A stretch of DNA of 49,856 nucleotides from an uncultured bacterium (GTDB lineage Bacteria; CSSED10-310; CAZUFC01). Position 1 is the stretch's first letter. The number at the start of each line of letters is the position of its first letter. The notes under the pieces are model-generated. The model searched no databases. It saw only the letters and a list, made by a program, of their open reading frames with translations, and had not been told where the DNA came from. The DNA lies in assembly GCA_964619725.1 (NCBI GenBank), contig CAZUFC010000060.1:1-49856 (forward strand). The letters are read 5' to 3'. Below, in pieces: positions 47,068 to 49,856 of this stretch. Made by a program: the position numbers and the translations under genes.

Positions 47068-47520
47068 TTAGTCGGAAGTTTTCTTAAGATTTTGTACGTC
47101 AATTAAGTCCTGGAACCTGCCGCTGATTTGTTTGGCTTTTATTAAATCGGTTTTTGATATGAACGGCAGAATTATATCTTCCAGACTCACTTCGACTCTG
47201 TTTTCCCAGGCAGAATCAAAATCAATCCCTTTTAAACCCATGATTATGTCCAGTCTGAACGGCGGACGTCCCATCTGGTAGTAACTGGACTCATCAGTAA
47301 AATCTTCCGGCGTCAAATCCTTTAAAGGAGCTCCGAATTGCTTCAGAGCATTATAAACGGCCTGAGCATTTTTCATGTCAGTCGCAATCCATAAATCCAG
47401 GTCTTTCGTAAAACGGGGTTCGGTATATTTCATTACGGCATAGCCGCCTACGACTAAATACCGAACTTCATTCACGTTTAAAAGATTCAACAGTTCTTTG
47501 AAGTCTGGACTCGTTAACAT
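47068..47520 (-). CDS. Minimal nucleotidyltransferase (DUF6036-like)
   Basis: YLVVGGYAV, PRFTKDLDLW, DLIKAK...GRFQDLID. Confidence 0.85.
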   Translation of the reverse strand: MLTSPDFKELLNLLNVNEVRYLVVGGYAVMKYTEPRFTKDLDLWIATDMKNAQAVYNALKQFGAPLKDLTPEDFTDESSYYQMGRPPFRLDIIMGLKGIDFDSAWENRVEVSLEDIILPFISKTDLIKAKQISGRFQDLIDVQNLKKTSD

Positions 47521-47665
47521 CTCTGCCTTTCAAAATAAGATAGTCAATCAGCATCTGATAAACCGCGTCAAAAATAGCAGCTTCACCCTGAGCCTGCCAG
47601 AATTCAACGTCAAATGCACGTTCATCCTCTCCCAGTCGCGAATATTTTTCATGAATTCTGCTCAA
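47468..47665 (-). CDS. Small partner protein of the nucleotidyltransferase
   Basis: 65 aa, FDVEFWQAQG...RLQRTVES; overlaps the nucleotidyltransferase start by 53 nt. Confidence 0.65.
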   Translation of the reverse strand: MSRIHEKYSRLGEDERAFDVEFWQAQGEAAIFDAVYQMLIDYLILKGRDVNESRLQRTVESFKRE

Positions 47666-47727
47666 GACATCAGCCCTTTCACCCGAAACATTTTATCAAA
47701 AAAAACCGTAATTTCATATTTCTTTTC

Positions 47728-47888
47728 GGGACCGATCAAACAGGGATTACGCTTCTTTGAAACTTTTTGACATTTTGTTCCTGTAATCGGTATCGGTATA
47801 GTAATCGGGATACTAATCCAAATCGAAACAAAATGATGGGATATTCCGCAGAATTGTAACCTCAAAAGACGCATTTTTGATCAATGCC
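47728..47888 (+). mobile_element. Family A element, full copy 3
   Basis: GGGACCGATCAAAC...TTGTAACCTCAAAAGACGCATTTTTGATCAATGCC. Confidence 0.78.
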
Positions 47889-47914
47889 AAAAACTCGCTT
47901 CCTGCGCCGCGGGA

Positions 47915-47985
47915 TGGATCAAAAACCGCATTGACTGTCCGGCAGTAAATTTTGAATCGAGATTCGGGTTTGTGGACAATCACTA
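47915..47985 (-). mobile_element. Family B element, partial copy
   Basis: Reverse complement is TAGTGATTGTCCACAAACCCGAATCTCGATTCAAAATTTACTGCCGGACAGTCAATGCGGTTTTTGATCCA. Confidence 0.7.
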
Positions 47986-48152
47986 ACGAATGCGTTTTGA
48001 AAAGCTCCCGTCACATTCAACTCCACCACGGCAGGAATGCCGATCCATACTCCTGAAATATCTGCTTTAATTGTCCAGCCATGCTTCCCCGGCGCCGCTG
48101 ATACCGCCGGCAGCTCTGGACGATATCGAGGACTCAAACCACCATAGCCAAA

Positions 48153-48184
48153 GGGTCTGCGAAGGGGTCAGAGCCCTTCGGAAA
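48153..48184 (+). repeat. 32-bp REP-like hairpin repeat, copy 2
   Basis: GGGTCTGCGAAGGGGTCAGAGCCCTTCGGAAA. Confidence 0.8.
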
Positions 48185-48455
48185 AGCCCGAAAAACATAG
48201 ATTCCTTGATTCAGGACGATGAGCTTACACCGCTCTTATCCTTTAATTACATGAGGTTGACGAATGGCCCAAATCCCATCGAAACGGCGTTGCCTTTGAT
48301 CCGCTTATTCATTATAATCTCAGAGAGGTTAAACTGATCTGCCTTCAAAACGGTAATCCTCGAATACTATGCCGGTTCGGCCCTCTTGATCCGTCAACCG
48401 TCATAAGAAAATATCCAATTACTCATGTCTCGCCAGGAAAGGGGAAAATCCTGTC

Positions 48456-49664
48456 ATGAATTCATCGGATAATAATAAAAGCATCCCTGAGAAGGAAATA
48501 AAAAACAGGATCGACAGTTTCCAGGAAAAACTCAATGAAGGAGGATACGCCGGAGCGCTTCTGGTTCAGAACACTGATATATATTATTTTTCCGGGACTT
48601 CGCAGAAAAGTCACCTGTTCGTCCCTGCCCGGGGCGAACCGGTTTTGCTGGTGAACAAATATTTTCCACGCGCATTACAGGAATCTCCTTTGAACCGGAT
48701 AGCAGAATTGCACTCATTGCGTCACTTAAAGCAAAAAATTGAACGATATGCGGGACGGATATCAGGCGTACTGGGAATGGAACTGGACGTCCTGCCTGCA
48801 GGGACGCTCAAGAAATATCAGTCGATATTCGCCGATGCTGAAGGAATCTCCGACGTTTCCCGTCTCATCATGTCGCAACGAATGATCAAGAGTCCCTTTG
48901 AAATTGAGAAAATAAAACGGACGGCAGCCATGACGGAAAAGGTCTTCCGGGAAATACCGGATTTTTTGAAAGCGGGAAGGACTGAGATGGAAGTTTTTGC
49001 GGATATATCACGGAGTTTCGTGCGGCATGGGCATCAGGGGATCATACGGATGCGGGCATTTAATGCTGAGATTTTTTTCGGCAGCGTCCTGGCGGGGCCC
49101 AGCGCAGCGGTAAGGTCTTTTTTCGACGGTCCTGCGACGGGTCCGGGACCCAATCCTTTCGTGGCCAACGGTCCGGGATATCGGCAATTACGGGAAAACG
49201 AACCGATTTTCATCGATATCGTGGGCGCCATGGACGGGTATCTGTCTGATCAGACCCGTATTTTTTATCTTGATCGTCTGCCGGACGAATGGCGCAGGGC
49301 TCACGAAGCCGCTTTAAAGATACAGAATCTTTTCGTCGACATGGCCAAACCCGGCGTATTGTGTTCTCAATTGTATAACGCCGCCGTCAAAGAAGCCCAA
49401 AAACTGGAACTGGACAGGTTCTTCATGGGGCCTGAAGACGACCAGGTCGGTTTCGTCGGTCACGGCGTCGGACTTGAATTGGACGAATGGCCGGTGCTGA
49501 CCGGTAAATTCGATATTCCAATTCAGCCCGGCATGGTCATAGCCCTGGAACCCAAGTTCGTTTTTCCGGATAAAGGCGCAGCCGGAATTGAAAATACCTG
49601 GGCGGTTACTGATCAAGGGCCGGTCCGGCTAACCATGCAATCGGATCAAATCATCGGACTGTAA
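48456..49664 (+). CDS. Xaa-Pro peptidase family (M24) protein
   Basis: RMIKSPFEI, GYLSDQTR, VGHGVGLELDE, ALEPK, GIENT. Confidence 0.92.
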   Translation: MNSSDNNKSIPEKEIKNRIDSFQEKLNEGGYAGALLVQNTDIYYFSGTSQKSHLFVPARGEPVLLVNKYFPRALQESPLNRIAELHSLRHLKQKIERYAGRISGVLGMELDVLPAGTLKKYQSIFADAEGISDVSRLIMSQRMIKSPFEIEKIKRTAAMTEKVFREIPDFLKAGRTEMEVFADISRSFVRHGHQGIIRMRAFNAEIFFGSVLAGPSAAVRSFFDGPATGPGPNPFVANGPGYRQLRENEPIFIDIVGAMDGYLSDQTRIFYLDRLPDEWRRAHEAALKIQNLFVDMAKPGVLCSQLYNAAVKEAQKLELDRFFMGPEDDQVGFVGHGVGLELDEWPVLTGKFDIPIQPGMVIALEPKFVFPDKGAAGIENTWAVTDQGPVRLTMQSDQIIGL

Positions 49665-49807
49665 AAAATGATGAATCGGAGATTTTAAGTTTTTTTGATA
49701 AGACCAATTTCATAATGAAATCGACGCTGCAAAATAATGCTCTGTATTCCCTGATAAAAAGCAAAATGCCGGCTCCGTTGAAAAAAACGATTAAAAGAAC
49801 GGCTAAT

Positions 49808-49856
49808 TAGTGTCTGTCCACAAACTCTAATCTCGATTCAAAATTTAATGCTGGAC
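49808..49856 (+). mobile_element. Family B element, truncated by the window end
   Basis: TAGTGTCTGTCCACAAACTCTAATCTCGATTCAAAATTTAATGCTGGAC. Confidence 0.65.

Overview
Bacterial chromosomal window of moderate GC, probably from an uncultured candidate-phylum organism. The Pro/Thr-linker secreted proteins with a shared C-terminal domain remind me of CSSED10-310-like MAGs; this is recollection, not verified. It contains: a minus-strand haem operon (hemE-hemN-hemH-hemY/G-hemA-hemC-hemD) with PhoB/OmpR-like direct repeats over its promoter; two secreted proteins sharing an unnamed ~118-aa C-terminal domain; a 4040-aa FG-GAP/FN3 surface protein with an IPTL-CTERM-like tail; a YafK/DpaA-type L,D-transpeptidase-family gene frameshifted in a poly-T tract; a four-helix-bundle gene flanked by inverted microsatellite arrays; glk; a secreted GyrI-like protein; dnaE; a decayed 2.6-kb accessory patch with TA genes, pseudogenes and an attC-like site; a DUF2723/TPR glycosyltransferase; a PAS hybrid kinase; SGNH, TPR and DUF6259-like exported proteins; a nucleotidyltransferase pair; and an M24 peptidase. 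The intergenic DNA is dense with at least five families of small palindromic or microsatellite-cored repeats that cluster around the accessory genes. I saw no rRNA, tRNA, CRISPR array, reverse transcriptase, integrase or intact transposase.
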